Below are positions 1-9,750 of a stretch of 64,000 nt of DNA, piece after piece. The translations under genes and the position numbers were made by a program. The notes beneath the pieces were generated by a model. That model was given only the letters and a program-made list of their open reading frames with translations. It ran no database searches and had not been told where the DNA came from. Within the stretch, counting starts at the first letter, position 1. The number at the start of each line of letters is the position of its first letter. Origin of the DNA: a virus (lineage: Duplodnaviria > Caudoviricetes); the IMG/VR virus record IMGVR_UViG_3300020463_000001, positions 1-64,000 of that record; one strand, given 5' to 3'.

Positions 1-359
1 TTCCATCAACCATCAACACTGTTCCTGATGAATTGAATGGATCAAAGCTATTGGAGATGCTGAAGTTGCTATGGACATTAGAAGCCCATCTAGAGGTTGT
101 ATCAACGTCTCCACCAACAGTCGTTCCACCAGTTGATTGTGTTCCATCAACCATCAACACTGTTCCTGATGAATTGAATGGATCAAAGCTATTGGAGATG
201 CTGAAGTTGCTATGGACATTAGAAGCCCATCTAGAGGTTGTATCAACGTCTCCACCAACAGTCGTTCCACCAGTTGATTGTGTTCCATCAACCATCAACA
301 CTGTTCCTGATGAATTGAATGGATCAAAGCTATTGGAGATGCTGAAGTTGCTATGGACA
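1..359. repeat. Perfect 141-bp tandem repeat (47-aa unit, about 2.5 copies visible)
   Basis: ttccatcaaccatcaacac starts at 1, 142 and 283; identity ends at 359; unit on minus strand VHSNFSISNSFDPFNSSGTVLMVDGTQSTGGTTVGGDVDTTSRWASN. Confidence 0.95.
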
Positions 360-982
360 GCAGATTGCCAATTTCCTCTGTAGATACCAGAGAAGACATC
401 TTGAACAATTGTCCAGAGACTTCCGTTAAAATAATAGACTTCAGAAGTTGCAGTTACATATGCAAGACTTCCCGTTATCGGAGATCCCGGCAAATCTGCT
501 TCTGCTGCATATACTGTGATTGTAAATGTATTTGTTGAGTTCTCAAATTTTCCACTGACACTATTATATACCAGTGATTCCCCAGTAGCGACAGAGGTTA
601 GTTCTAATTCGTCCAGTGTGGTTGTTGTGACTCCACCCCAACTCTTTTGATGACTTCCAGAAGTTCTTAGAAATTTACCGTCCGCGAATCTTTGATCTGG
701 CACAAAACCTTCTCTCCAATCCATCAAAAGATCTGTGCTCTGAGGTTCTAGTAAGTTACCGATTGCCATACCCAAACTTCGCAACTCATTTGCAGTCGCA
801 GTCGGTGCGAGATCTTGTGCTCTCGCGTTGAGAGTTATTTCTAAGTTGGCATTTTCGGTTTGTTCCAGACTAGGGCCAATCCTAGATATATTCAATAACT
901 CTCTCGGATTTGCAGTAGAGGCAACTGCTACCGCTCTATTGGTTACTGAGATTATTGAAGGATCTAAATTTGTATCTGACAT
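1..982 (-). CDS. Virion fibre/adhesin-like protein, 3' end outside window (MSDTNLDPSIISVTNRAVAVASTANPRELL...)
   Basis: Hand-translated from ATG at 982 with an AAATAGGAAA RBS; open to position 1; N-terminal helical domain resembles the three neighbouring paralogs; absent from the ORF track because no stop lies in the window. Confidence 0.8.
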   Translation of the reverse strand, partial: MSDTNLDPSIISVTNRAVAVASTANPRELLNISRIGPSLEQTENANLEITLNARAQDLAPTATANELRSLGMAIGNLLEPQSTDLLMDWREGFVPDQRFADGKFLRTSGSHQKSWGGVTTTTLDELELTSVATGESLVYNSVSGKFENSTNTFTITVYAAEADLPGSPITGSLAYVTATSEVYYFNGSLWTIVQDVFSGIYRGNWQSAVHSNFSISNSFDPFNSSGTVLMVDGTQSTGGTTVGGDVDTTSRWASNVHSNFSISNSFDPFNSSGTVLMVDGTQSTGGTTVGGDVDTTSRWASNVHSNFSISNSFDPFNSSGTVLMVDG

Positions 983-1000
983 CTTGATTTCCTATTTAAA

Positions 1001-3055
1001 TTAATCCGCGAAGAAGTAAACTTTACCAGCGGAGCTGCTTATACCGTTGTTATCTTCCTGTGCTCCAATAGCGATAGTGGTATCTGTTACTTCTATAGAA
1101 GACCCAAAACCCCCGCCCCACGCTGGATTCCACTCATTTGGTAGATACTGACTTGGGGTAGGGTTCTCTATTGTATTGACCAAGGTTCCGGATCTATCGT
1201 AAACATAAACGACACCTTTCCTTGGTTCGCCGTTCGCACCTTGAGACTTTTGCGTGGCTCCCACAAAGAAGAATTGTTGATCATTAGAAATTCCTACTGA
1301 CCATCCGAATCTCTCTCCGTATTCATATGGTGTAGGAGGCACCAGTCGGGTTACTAAGTTTCCGGTTGAAGTATCCCATACAACAGCAATCCCTACTTGA
1401 CCTACACCACCTTCTTCATAAGAAAATCCTCCACCTATTAGAGTGCTTCCTTTGACTTTAATACTGCCAGGATAGTATGCGAATTGTCCATAAGCAGTTG
1501 AAGTAACTCCAGCTACTGATGTAGGATCGTATGATCTAGTGTATGACGGTGATGTCTTGTCTGTGATATCATATTCCCAAATAATCCCTCTGAATGTATT
1601 ATAAGGCCCCTGACCTATAAACAAAGTATTGTTATCATCACTCAATGCTAGAGAACTTCCGAACTGTATGTCTCCATTCGGACAGTGAATTGCTGAAACT
1701 GGGACAGTAGTGGTATCGTGTATTGAAACCATCCCAGAACCTCCAGCAACGGGAACATCATTAGTCTGACCAGTATGTCCGATAATAAAATAGTTACCAT
1801 CAGAAGTCACTTCTACGCACTGTGCATATCTGTTATCGTTTGGATTGTTCCACCCAGCGATTTTACCATCACCCCAAGACCCATCTGATGCGTTGAATGT
1901 GAATACTGCACCGTCTCCACTATGACCTCCATTATCTAAAAATCTTGCGGCGACTGCGATTTTTCCTCCACCGACTGCAACATCCCATGCGAAAGAAATG
2001 CCACCTTGGTCTCCCCTTCCTGTCGCATTCATACCCATAGGATTATCTATTTCATATAAGAGAGTTCCGGAATGATCATATACATAGACTCTTCCTCTAT
2101 AGGAATATCCCCCCTGATAATGACCATATGCACCCACTACTATATAATTATCATCTGACGCCATACTATATCCGAACGCATGAGAATTACTTTCAGTGCT
2201 AGTACTCGTAACGGTTCCAGAATGTGTTGGACTTGACCAGTCTACCGCAAATGCTAATGTGAAACTTGAAACTGCAGTTGCGACATTCACTGAGTCATTT
2301 GCCGAAAATGTTAATTCGAATGTCGCAGGAAGAACTCCGTGTGGAGTAATTGTAAACACATTATCGTTTTGTGTGACTGTGGTTCCATTCAATGCTCCGT
2401 TGGTCACTGAATGTGAGAATGATACAGGATCATTCTCTGGATCCGTAGCGGTCAGTGTGATGACTGTAGGTGTCCCATCAGTCGCTAAAGTATATGCCGC
2501 ATCGTTTCCTGATACTGTTGGTGCAGTGTTAATTAATGCAACAGCGTACCATCCCTCTGCAGTTTTGATATATAATTTATTATTGGATTGAACAACTGCC
2601 TGATCCCCGGCACTTGCTCCAGCAGGCAAATCACCCACTGTTGCAACAACTTGTAGTGCGGCTGATGTCGGGGTAGTATAAGAAACTACACCATTATCAT
2701 ATGATAAGTCTCCGGTGACACTTATTGCCGGTTGAACACTATTTGCGTTTAGAAATTTTCTAGAACCCTCTACCATTTGATCTGTAGAAGTCATTCCTCC
2801 CAATGCTGGTCTTCTGTCTCTTAATTCATTAATTCCTTCAGAGAGTGATACTAGATCATCTATGGACGCTGCAGGAATTGCAGAGGCCATTTGAGTGTCC
2901 AGTTCTGTTTCTACTTCTGAATCATCTATAAGACCAACAAATCTAGCAGACTTAGCGAGTCTTCCTAGATCTCTTGGAGTTGTACTAATTGCTGCTCGGT
3001 TTCGAATCCGAGACTTCATATTAGTTTTAGCGTTTTCTAAATTAGTATTAGGCAT
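1001..3055 (-). CDS. Fibre/adhesin-like protein: shared N-terminal domain, Ig/cadherin-like domain, C-terminal FG-GAP-type beta-propeller
   Basis: Repeated FGxSxAxxxxxIVVGA ... G.VYVY motifs; APTVSG...VITLTATDPENDPV Ig-like segment. Confidence 0.7.
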   Translation of the reverse strand: MPNTNLENAKTNMKSRIRNRAAISTTPRDLGRLAKSARFVGLIDDSEVETELDTQMASAIPAASIDDLVSLSEGINELRDRRPALGGMTSTDQMVEGSRKFLNANSVQPAISVTGDLSYDNGVVSYTTPTSAALQVVATVGDLPAGASAGDQAVVQSNNKLYIKTAEGWYAVALINTAPTVSGNDAAYTLATDGTPTVITLTATDPENDPVSFSHSVTNGALNGTTVTQNDNVFTITPHGVLPATFELTFSANDSVNVATAVSSFTLAFAVDWSSPTHSGTVTSTSTESNSHAFGYSMASDDNYIVVGAYGHYQGGYSYRGRVYVYDHSGTLLYEIDNPMGMNATGRGDQGGISFAWDVAVGGGKIAVAARFLDNGGHSGDGAVFTFNASDGSWGDGKIAGWNNPNDNRYAQCVEVTSDGNYFIIGHTGQTNDVPVAGGSGMVSIHDTTTVPVSAIHCPNGDIQFGSSLALSDDNNTLFIGQGPYNTFRGIIWEYDITDKTSPSYTRSYDPTSVAGVTSTAYGQFAYYPGSIKVKGSTLIGGGFSYEEGGVGQVGIAVVWDTSTGNLVTRLVPPTPYEYGERFGWSVGISNDQQFFFVGATQKSQGANGEPRKGVVYVYDRSGTLVNTIENPTPSQYLPNEWNPAWGGGFGSSIEVTDTTIAIGAQEDNNGISSSAGKVYFFAD

Positions 3056-3076
3056 TATTGTTTCCTATTTGTATTA

Positions 3077-4426
3077 TTAACCACCAGCAAAAATTGGAAA
3101 TATTGAACTGTTATATCTCGCTGGCCCTCGGTAATCGGGCCCAGTGCCGTACAGTTCGAATTTGAATTTATTAATTCTTACGCCCGTATCTCCATATGCC
3201 CATTGAGGCATTAAATTAGTATTTAATGTATGACCAGCAGTGAAAAGACTTGGAGCTCCGTATTTGTAACCCTCGTAAGTCGGATAAAGTGTAATTACTT
3301 CCCATTGATTGGTATCTACATTAAAAACTGATGTCCGGTTAGTCCCTCCGTAGGGAGTACCTCCACCGCCGCCCGGAGTCCACTGCATACCAGTAACAAA
3401 TCCCAATAATGTCGCAGTTGTTCCCAAATTCACTATTACGCCAGAATTGACTCTAGGATTATATACCATATATCTAATTGCTTTGATGTGATTCTCTTTT
3501 TCGGAGTAGGTCAATGCCCCCCACTCATCAAAACTGGAAATTCCTTCTGCAGCAGTCCAATGATAGTAAGAACTGTATTGGCCGTATTCCAAGTAATGAC
3601 CAGAAAAATCTGGAGCAAAATTTAACGAAAAACTTGATGCACTCGTTGTCGCAACATTCACGGTGTCATCTGCAGAGAATGTTAAATCGAATGTCGCCGG
3701 ATTAGCATTGTGTGGTGTCACAGTGAACACATTGTCATTTTGTGTGACTGTGGTTCCATTAAGATCTCCACTAGATACTGAATGTGAGAATGTTACTGGA
3801 TCGTTCTCTGGATCCGTAGCAGTCAATGTAATAACTGTAGGAGTTTCATCAGTTGCAAGAGTGTATGATGCATCGTTTCCAGATACTGTTGGTGCGGTGT
3901 TAATCAGTGCGACTGCATACCAACCATCAGCGGTTCTAATATATAAGTTATTGTTCGCAGTAACGACTGCTTGTGTCCCTGCAGTTGCGTCTAGTGGTAA
4001 ATCTCCGACTGTTGCAACTACTTGAAGTGCCGCTGCAGTAGGAGCAGTGTATGAAACAACACCACTGTCATACGATAAATCACCAGCGACACTTATTTGT
4101 GGTTGTACATTCGCTGCTTTGAGAAACTTATTGCCACCTTCTGTCAAGTTATCTGTTGTTGCAACCTGACCCATATCTGCAGAACTACCTCTGAGTTCTT
4201 TAATTCCTTCTGACATCTCTACGAGATCATCTACAGTCGCGGCAGGAATCGCTGCGCTCATTTGAGTGTCGATATCTGTTTCTACTTCAGCATCATCTAA
4301 AAGACCAACGAACCTCGCAGACTTCGCAAGTCTACCTAGATCTCTTGGTGTTTGACCAGCTTGGACTCGGTTTCTAATACGAGTCTTCATGTTAGTCTTT
4401 GAGTTTTCTAAATTAGTATTAGGCAT
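3077..4426 (-). CDS. Fibre/adhesin-like paralog with beta-sandwich (discoidin/lectin-like) C-terminus
   Basis: First ~270 aa closely match 1001-3055; C-terminus closely matches 4445-5803. Confidence 0.7.
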   Translation of the reverse strand: MPNTNLENSKTNMKTRIRNRVQAGQTPRDLGRLAKSARFVGLLDDAEVETDIDTQMSAAIPAATVDDLVEMSEGIKELRGSSADMGQVATTDNLTEGGNKFLKAANVQPQISVAGDLSYDSGVVSYTAPTAAALQVVATVGDLPLDATAGTQAVVTANNNLYIRTADGWYAVALINTAPTVSGNDASYTLATDETPTVITLTATDPENDPVTFSHSVSSGDLNGTTVTQNDNVFTVTPHNANPATFDLTFSADDTVNVATTSASSFSLNFAPDFSGHYLEYGQYSSYYHWTAAEGISSFDEWGALTYSEKENHIKAIRYMVYNPRVNSGVIVNLGTTATLLGFVTGMQWTPGGGGGTPYGGTNRTSVFNVDTNQWEVITLYPTYEGYKYGAPSLFTAGHTLNTNLMPQWAYGDTGVRINKFKFELYGTGPDYRGPARYNSSIFPIFAGG

Positions 4427-4444
4427 TATTGTTTCCTATTTAAA

Positions 4445-5803
4445 TTATCCGAATATCGGGAATATTGCTCTTGGACATTGTGCATATGTGTTTGATGGAA
4501 TGGTCGAACTGCTGTGTTTTTCTCTCGCACGAATTCGTATTTTACTAATCCTTACTCCCGTCTCGCCGTATGCCCAAGCGGGATCATTATTTGTTGTACT
4601 ATGACCAGCAGTGAAAAGACTTGGTGCTCCATATTTTACATTGCTGACATTGCTATTTTTTGCAACAGTTTCCCACTGATTTGTATCTACATTAAAAACT
4701 TGTATCCAATCCAGCCCACCAAATGCATTAGAACCATTGTTTGCAGGACTAGTCCAGTTACTTAAAGTGACAAATCCCTTTAATGTGGCAACTGTTCCCA
4801 GATTTACATCTATTCCATTATTGGGCTGAGTACGGGGTTTAATTATCACTGCTCTAATTGCTTTACCAGAATTATTTTTATCTACTATTGCGTCATATTC
4901 ATCAAAACTGGAAACTCCTTCCGCATCATCCCAAAAATAGTAAGAACCGTTGATAGCACTTTCCGCAGAATGTCCAGAGAAATCTGGAGCAAAGCTGATC
5001 GTAAACTCTGAAGGAGTAGTTGTAGATACATTAGTTCCATCTGATGCACTAAATGTTATTGAAAATGGCGCGGTATCTGCCGGATCTGAACTTCCTGTAA
5101 TTGTGAAGACATTATCTGATTGTGCGACAGAAGAACCACCTAAAGCCCCTGCAGTTACTTGGTGACTATATGTGATAGGATCTCCTTGTGGATCAGTAGC
5201 GGACAATGTAATGACTGTCGCCTCGCCAGTTGATAATGCATAAGATCCATCTGGATTTGAATCAAAACTTGGTTTCTGATCAACCAGACCTACGCCAACC
5301 CACGATGCACCAGTAAAGACATAAAGTCTTTTGTTTTCTTCTACTATTCCCTTTGCGCCAGCAGCAACTCCACTTGATGGAAGATCTGCGACTGTTGCGT
5401 AAACCGTTAATGCATCCGGTAGTGCTGTGTAAGATAAGACTCCAGTTCCGGAATTATATGATAAGTCTCCAGATGCACTGAATGAACCTCTGACTCTATC
5501 CTGAGTGACATAAAGGTTACTAGAACCTTCTGCAACCATAGTAGATGTAGGAACGCCAGCACCTTCTGGTGTTCTGAGTTTCTTAACTCCGAATGCAAGT
5601 TTTTCTAAATCTTCTGGTTCTGCCGAGCCTGCAAGTGAAGATACTTTCGTATCTAATGCAGTCTCTAAGTCTGCATCATCGTCAAGATTTGCCTTTTCTA
5701 TTGATCTAGATAACTTGACAATTTTATCTGCAGTATTTGCTGCGTTAATCGCAGCAAGTAGTTTTGTTTTGAGTGTGTTTCTTGAACTGAATGTGTTGCC
5801 CAT
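4445..5803 (-). CDS. Fibre/adhesin-like paralog
   Basis: Same architecture; shares APDFSGH, FNVDTNQWE, KYGAPSLFTAGH and IFPIF with 3077-4426. Confidence 0.7.
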   Translation of the reverse strand: MGNTFSSRNTLKTKLLAAINAANTADKIVKLSRSIEKANLDDDADLETALDTKVSSLAGSAEPEDLEKLAFGVKKLRTPEGAGVPTSTMVAEGSSNLYVTQDRVRGSFSASGDLSYNSGTGVLSYTALPDALTVYATVADLPSSGVAAGAKGIVEENKRLYVFTGASWVGVGLVDQKPSFDSNPDGSYALSTGEATVITLSATDPQGDPITYSHQVTAGALGGSSVAQSDNVFTITGSSDPADTAPFSITFSASDGTNVSTTTPSEFTISFAPDFSGHSAESAINGSYYFWDDAEGVSSFDEYDAIVDKNNSGKAIRAVIIKPRTQPNNGIDVNLGTVATLKGFVTLSNWTSPANNGSNAFGGLDWIQVFNVDTNQWETVAKNSNVSNVKYGAPSLFTAGHSTTNNDPAWAYGETGVRISKIRIRAREKHSSSTIPSNTYAQCPRAIFPIFG

Positions 5804-5846
5804 GTAATCCTCTCTCCGAATTAGTTGGTCTAGGTGTGTTTCGAAA

Positions 5847-5854
5847 TATTTATA
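5847..5854 (-). promoter_or_regulatory. T4-type late promoter TATAAATA for the fibre array
   Basis: Exact consensus about 45 nt upstream of the ATG at 5803. Confidence 0.75.
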
Positions 5855-5892
5855 ATTATAAATTACTTTAGTACAAGAAATAGGAGTATTAA

Positions 5893-6108
5893 ATGCAAAA
5901 AAAATCTAAGATAATTCGCATCTCAGAATTTAATGCAGAAAAACGGAAAGATAAAGAACTTATTTATTATAATGAACAATTATCCAAACTGAATTTACGA
6001 CTATCTATAATTATGTCAGAGATAAAACTGACCAAAGAAATCATTGATATGATAGAAAATGAAAAACTGATGGACTTTGCAAAGAGACTCAATCAAGATA
6101 CTGAATAG
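5893..6108 (+). CDS. Hypothetical coiled-coil protein
   Basis: AGGAG RBS; 71 aa; converges on the cyclase stop. Confidence 0.7.
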   Translation: MQKKSKIIRISEFNAEKRKDKELIYYNEQLSKLNLRLSIIMSEIKLTKEIIDMIENEKLMDFAKRLNQDTE

Positions 6109-7919
6109 ATTCTGATTGGTTCTTCTTTGCCTTTAACCTTTATTGTGCCTATAGATTTCTTATTGTAAGTATCTGGTAGTTGCGAAACTGTGTATTCAGA
6201 CACTATAGTTTTATAATCTATATAATCCCCCCGAGCGGCAGTGGACTCAAGCCGTGCGGCGAGGTTGACTGCATCTCCAATAACCGAATAGTCAAATCTG
6301 GATTCACTGCCCATGTTACCGACAATACAATCACCGGAGTTAATACCAGTACCAACACTAATGTCAGGCAAATTGCGCTCTTTGTAGATTCTTTTAAGTT
6401 CATTTACTTCTTTTTCTATTTCTATTGATGATTTGACTGCAAGTTCCGCATGGTTCTCACACGGCAATGGCGCATTCCAAAAGGCCATTATACAGTCTCC
6501 CATATATTTATCTATCGTTCCACCGTTGTCTAGGATAATGTTGGACATTTTATTTAGAAATTCGTTGACCAACTCCACTAATCCTTCGGGGTCATCATTG
6601 TTTTTATAATGTTCAGATATGGGCGTAAATCCACATATATCCATAAAGAGGAAAGTCATCTCCTTTCTCTCCCCTCCCAGTTTAAGCAACTCTGGATTCT
6701 TCTGTAAAAGTGCAACTTGTCTTGGGTCAAGGTATGTCTCAAATTGTTTCTTAATTTGTTGACGCAACTTAAACTGACGATAGAATTCAATAAACGCAGT
6801 ATGACCAAATATTAGTATTCCTCCTAAGAGTATCATCACTGGACTGAATAACATATAGTGGGCATTGAATAGATACCCAGAACCTATTACGGATCCAGTA
6901 GACAATAAAAGGAACACCATACCACTCAACCACATAGGAGTTTTACGCAATAGAAGGACAAATAAACCTCCCAATAGAACCATTGTAAGCAGTTCTAAGA
7001 ACGCGAAATAGTCTGGTCTAGTAATGACAGTGTTCTTTACAATCGTCTCTATGAGGTTCGCTTGTACCTCATGAGGGAACATTCCACCCACTGGAGTACT
7101 AATAATATTAGAACCAGCGAATGTCGGCCCTATAATAACAATACTACCTTCTGGTATCCATAGATTTCCCAGATCCGATATAGATGCCCTCTGAAACTTA
7201 TTCCAGTAGGAGTTATACACCGCACCGTTGTCTGATGTGGTGATGGGTTTATAGGCAGGAATTCTCACCCATTCTATTCCTGTTTCCGTTGTCTTTATCT
7301 GGAAAGAAATATCTCCCACTGCTACTCTTATAGTTTCTAATGCAAATGATGGAAATATCTCTCCATGAGCTCCGACAATGATTGGAACCTCTCTCACTAC
7401 ACCATCAATAGATGGTTCTGCAGTTAACGCACCAAATCCATTAATGAATTGTGCAAGTTCCGGAATAGGGGTAAGAATCCCTTTGTAATCTTTAACGAAA
7501 TCTATTGCATCTCTGGGGCCTAGTGTAGTTGTCCCGATATGCATTTGTGGTTCGAATTCATAATCATCAATAACCTGTGTCGCAACGACTATCGGTTTCC
7601 TTACAAATGCCTCTGCGAGGAATATATCAGAGTTTCCTCTTCCTCGTTCTGAGAGAAGTACATTGAGTGCGATGAGAGTATTGTCTGGTAGTTTGTTGAT
7701 TTCTTTTGCAAGGACATCACGATCCCATGGCCATCTACCATTCTTCTTTATAGATTTCTCATCTATGTCTAATAGAATAATTTGTTCTGACTTATTCTCT
7801 TCATGGTTTCTCTGGAGTAAGTCAAAGTAGTTTAGTTGTGTTGCTTCTAAGATGTATGGATTGAGAACTTTAACCAGTATACATAATAAAAAAGTAATTC
7901 CAATATGGTATAATTTCAT
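6093..7919 (-). CDS. CHASE2-domain membrane class III adenylate cyclase
   Basis: N-terminal TM; CHASE2 motifs (LLDIDEKSI..GRWPWDR, DGVVREVP, P.GG...HEVQAN); 3 TMs; catalytic FMDICGFT, IDKYMGD, GINSG..IVGNMGS, DYSVIGDAVNLAARLE. Confidence 0.93.
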   Translation of the reverse strand: MKLYHIGITFLLCILVKVLNPYILEATQLNYFDLLQRNHEENKSEQIILLDIDEKSIKKNGRWPWDRDVLAKEINKLPDNTLIALNVLLSERGRGNSDIFLAEAFVRKPIVVATQVIDDYEFEPQMHIGTTTLGPRDAIDFVKDYKGILTPIPELAQFINGFGALTAEPSIDGVVREVPIIVGAHGEIFPSFALETIRVAVGDISFQIKTTETGIEWVRIPAYKPITTSDNGAVYNSYWNKFQRASISDLGNLWIPEGSIVIIGPTFAGSNIISTPVGGMFPHEVQANLIETIVKNTVITRPDYFAFLELLTMVLLGGLFVLLLRKTPMWLSGMVFLLLSTGSVIGSGYLFNAHYMLFSPVMILLGGILIFGHTAFIEFYRQFKLRQQIKKQFETYLDPRQVALLQKNPELLKLGGERKEMTFLFMDICGFTPISEHYKNNDDPEGLVELVNEFLNKMSNIILDNGGTIDKYMGDCIMAFWNAPLPCENHAELAVKSSIEIEKEVNELKRIYKERNLPDISVGTGINSGDCIVGNMGSESRFDYSVIGDAVNLAARLESTAARGDYIDYKTIVSEYTVSQLPDTYNKKSIGTIKVKGKEEPIRIYSVS

Positions 7920-8647
7920 TGCTGTGTTACGCTAATACTACATCCTGCTGCATTTTGACATAACTGAGAGATCGTATATGATTGTGCAGTTGTGCCTTGT
8001 TGTGATAAAGAGAAGTTAGTACCATAAGTACCGTCCAGTGTTACATTCGCAGTATGCGATGCATTTCCTAATTGATCAATACTCGCGGTATTATCTGAGT
8101 TATATACTGTCAAATTGAGAGTCTTGTTACTGTCATCTTTTTGAGATGTCCATATGTCGTTTCCACTACCAGCCATATGGAGATGATATGTATGAGAACC
8201 GCTGCCATTACTCTCTTGATAACCTACGACATCGTTATTATTGCCGTATATCTCATATCTCGCGGTATGCCCTCCACTTCCAACACCATCATATGTAAAT
8301 GAAGTATCATTTTTATCAGTCAGAGACGCTCCTTGTCCGTGTCTTAGTGTGTTGCTGCTTCCTGTTATCTCATTAATATTTATAGTGTTCTGTGAACCCA
8401 CATTTTGTTGATGGAAATGTACATTCCAGTTAGCTCCAGTAAAGTATGAAGATCCTGAGAACATCTTGATTTCATTATTTGAACCAATCTGATCCACATC
8501 AAATGTAAGATTAGTTCCACTCTGAGTAATATCTATTTTATTATCCCCATATGATTTTAATGTGATACACATGAGAAATGAGAATATCAGTAGAGTTCCT
8601 AGAATAGTACCTATACGATCTTTAGTAATCTTGTAATGGAATGCCAT
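7916..8647 (-). CDS. Curlin-like repeat secreted protein
   Basis: Signal peptide then DNKIDITQSG / DQIGSNN / DQLGN repeats (QxGxxN); G/S/N/T-rich; C-terminal Cx5C. Confidence 0.7.
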   Translation of the reverse strand: MAFHYKITKDRIGTILGTLLIFSFLMCITLKSYGDNKIDITQSGTNLTFDVDQIGSNNEIKMFSGSSYFTGANWNVHFHQQNVGSQNTININEITGSSNTLRHGQGASLTDKNDTSFTYDGVGSGGHTARYEIYGNNNDVVGYQESNGSGSHTYHLHMAGSGNDIWTSQKDDSNKTLNLTVYNSDNTASIDQLGNASHTANVTLDGTYGTNFSLSQQGTTAQSYTISQLCQNAAGCSISVTQQ

Positions 8648-9750
8648 TATCCCCCCTGTTGACGAATGGTGATACTGTTTCCGCCATCCCCAAGTTTTAT
8701 AATAGAAGGTCTTTCGTCTGTATAGGTATATATATCAAAATTAGCATCTGATTCAAATTTCAAACTAATGACACCAGTAACTTGACGATAAAACCATACA
8801 GTCCCTGCTGCTTTATCTATGATAGTATTATACTGCGTTTGTGGGTCATAACCTAACATTGTTCCCTCTATGTTTACCCTACCAGTTTTCTTCTTAAGAC
8901 TTAGGGGATCTCGTATATCCAGCACCAACAATAAGTCTTGTAAGAAGTCTACATTGAGAAGATCTATGTCTAGTTCGCTGTATTCGTCCAGAGTTTCGCC
9001 TATGTCCTTGAAGTAGTCTCTTTCCAACTCATTAAACTCTAGGAAGTCTACATCAAGTATATTAGAATCAGAACTATCAGATTGTTCTTCATCTATAGCT
9101 TGTTCTATTTCATCTGGAGGTGATACGATAAACATATTGTCTATCTGGGAGACTGTGATATTTTCTACTTTTACTGGTTGTACGGGCGGACTGGATATAG
9201 TAGACACTGATGTTGCTTCAAATGCCTCGTCTAGGACTACGGTTCCTGCCTCGTTAGTGACTGTTATTTCACCTGAGGCTGCTCCAGTTGCGTCTGGTAG
9301 TAGAATAATAAGAGATCGTCCTAGTTCATCGATAGTAGTAGTGAAGTCAGTTCCCCTGATACCGATAGTGGCAACCGGAGTATTGATTCGTATATTGGAC
9401 TTATTCATCAACGCAAGTTTACCAGAGGCAAACCTCGCGGTTCCCTGTGCAAAGTTGAGAACCATTTTAGACTTGTCTGGATTGGGGTCATAGATGACAG
9501 AATCTATGACCACTTCACTATGTTCTGTAAGACGCAAATTTGACTCATCGAGGAAGGTGATAGCCATACGCCCATTATTAGTCACGGCAACATCATTCAA
9601 CAGAATATCCAGACCGGAAGATACCGATAAGTCAGAGGCAGATCTACTTATAGATGTTTCGCCTGTAAATTCTGTTATGTCGCCAATAGTGAATCCAAAA
9701 CAACAAAGAATACCGCTAGTCGCCAGTATCTTTTTGAACAATCGTAACAT
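8647..9750 (-). CDS. FecR-domain secreted/periplasmic protein
   Basis: T..GRMAITFLDES.LRLTEHSEVVID ... G.ARF.SG ... TPVATIGIRGTDF FecR signature. Confidence 0.85.
   Translation of the reverse strand: MLRLFKKILATSGILCCFGFTIGDITEFTGETSISRSASDLSVSSGLDILLNDVAVTNNGRMAITFLDESNLRLTEHSEVVIDSVIYDPNPDKSKMVLNFAQGTARFASGKLALMNKSNIRINTPVATIGIRGTDFTTTIDELGRSLIILLPDATGAASGEITVTNEAGTVVLDEAFEATSVSTISSPPVQPVKVENITVSQIDNMFIVSPPDEIEQAIDEEQSDSSDSNILDVDFLEFNELERDYFKDIGETLDEYSELDIDLLNVDFLQDLLLVLDIRDPLSLKKKTGRVNIEGTMLGYDPQTQYNTIIDKAAGTVWFYRQVTGVISLKFESDANFDIYTYTDERPSIIKLGDGGNSITIRQQGG

Noticed and set aside
1-383. Plus-strand 116-aa ORF, or a CRISPR-like array in the 141-bp repeat
   Set aside because: Shadow of the minus-strand gene; the units are contiguous with no unique spacers and no cas genes are present.
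2196-5598. Plus-strand ORFs antisense to the fibre genes (e.g. 2196-2591, 3663-4025)
   Set aside because: Typical antisense shadows of Thr/Ser/Ala-rich genes; no RBS; they mirror the paralogy.
1001-5803. Diversity-generating retroelement or invertase shufflon acting on the fibre paralogs
   Set aside because: No reverse transcriptase or recombinase in the window, no adenine-specific TR/VR pair seen, and all copies are in direct orientation.
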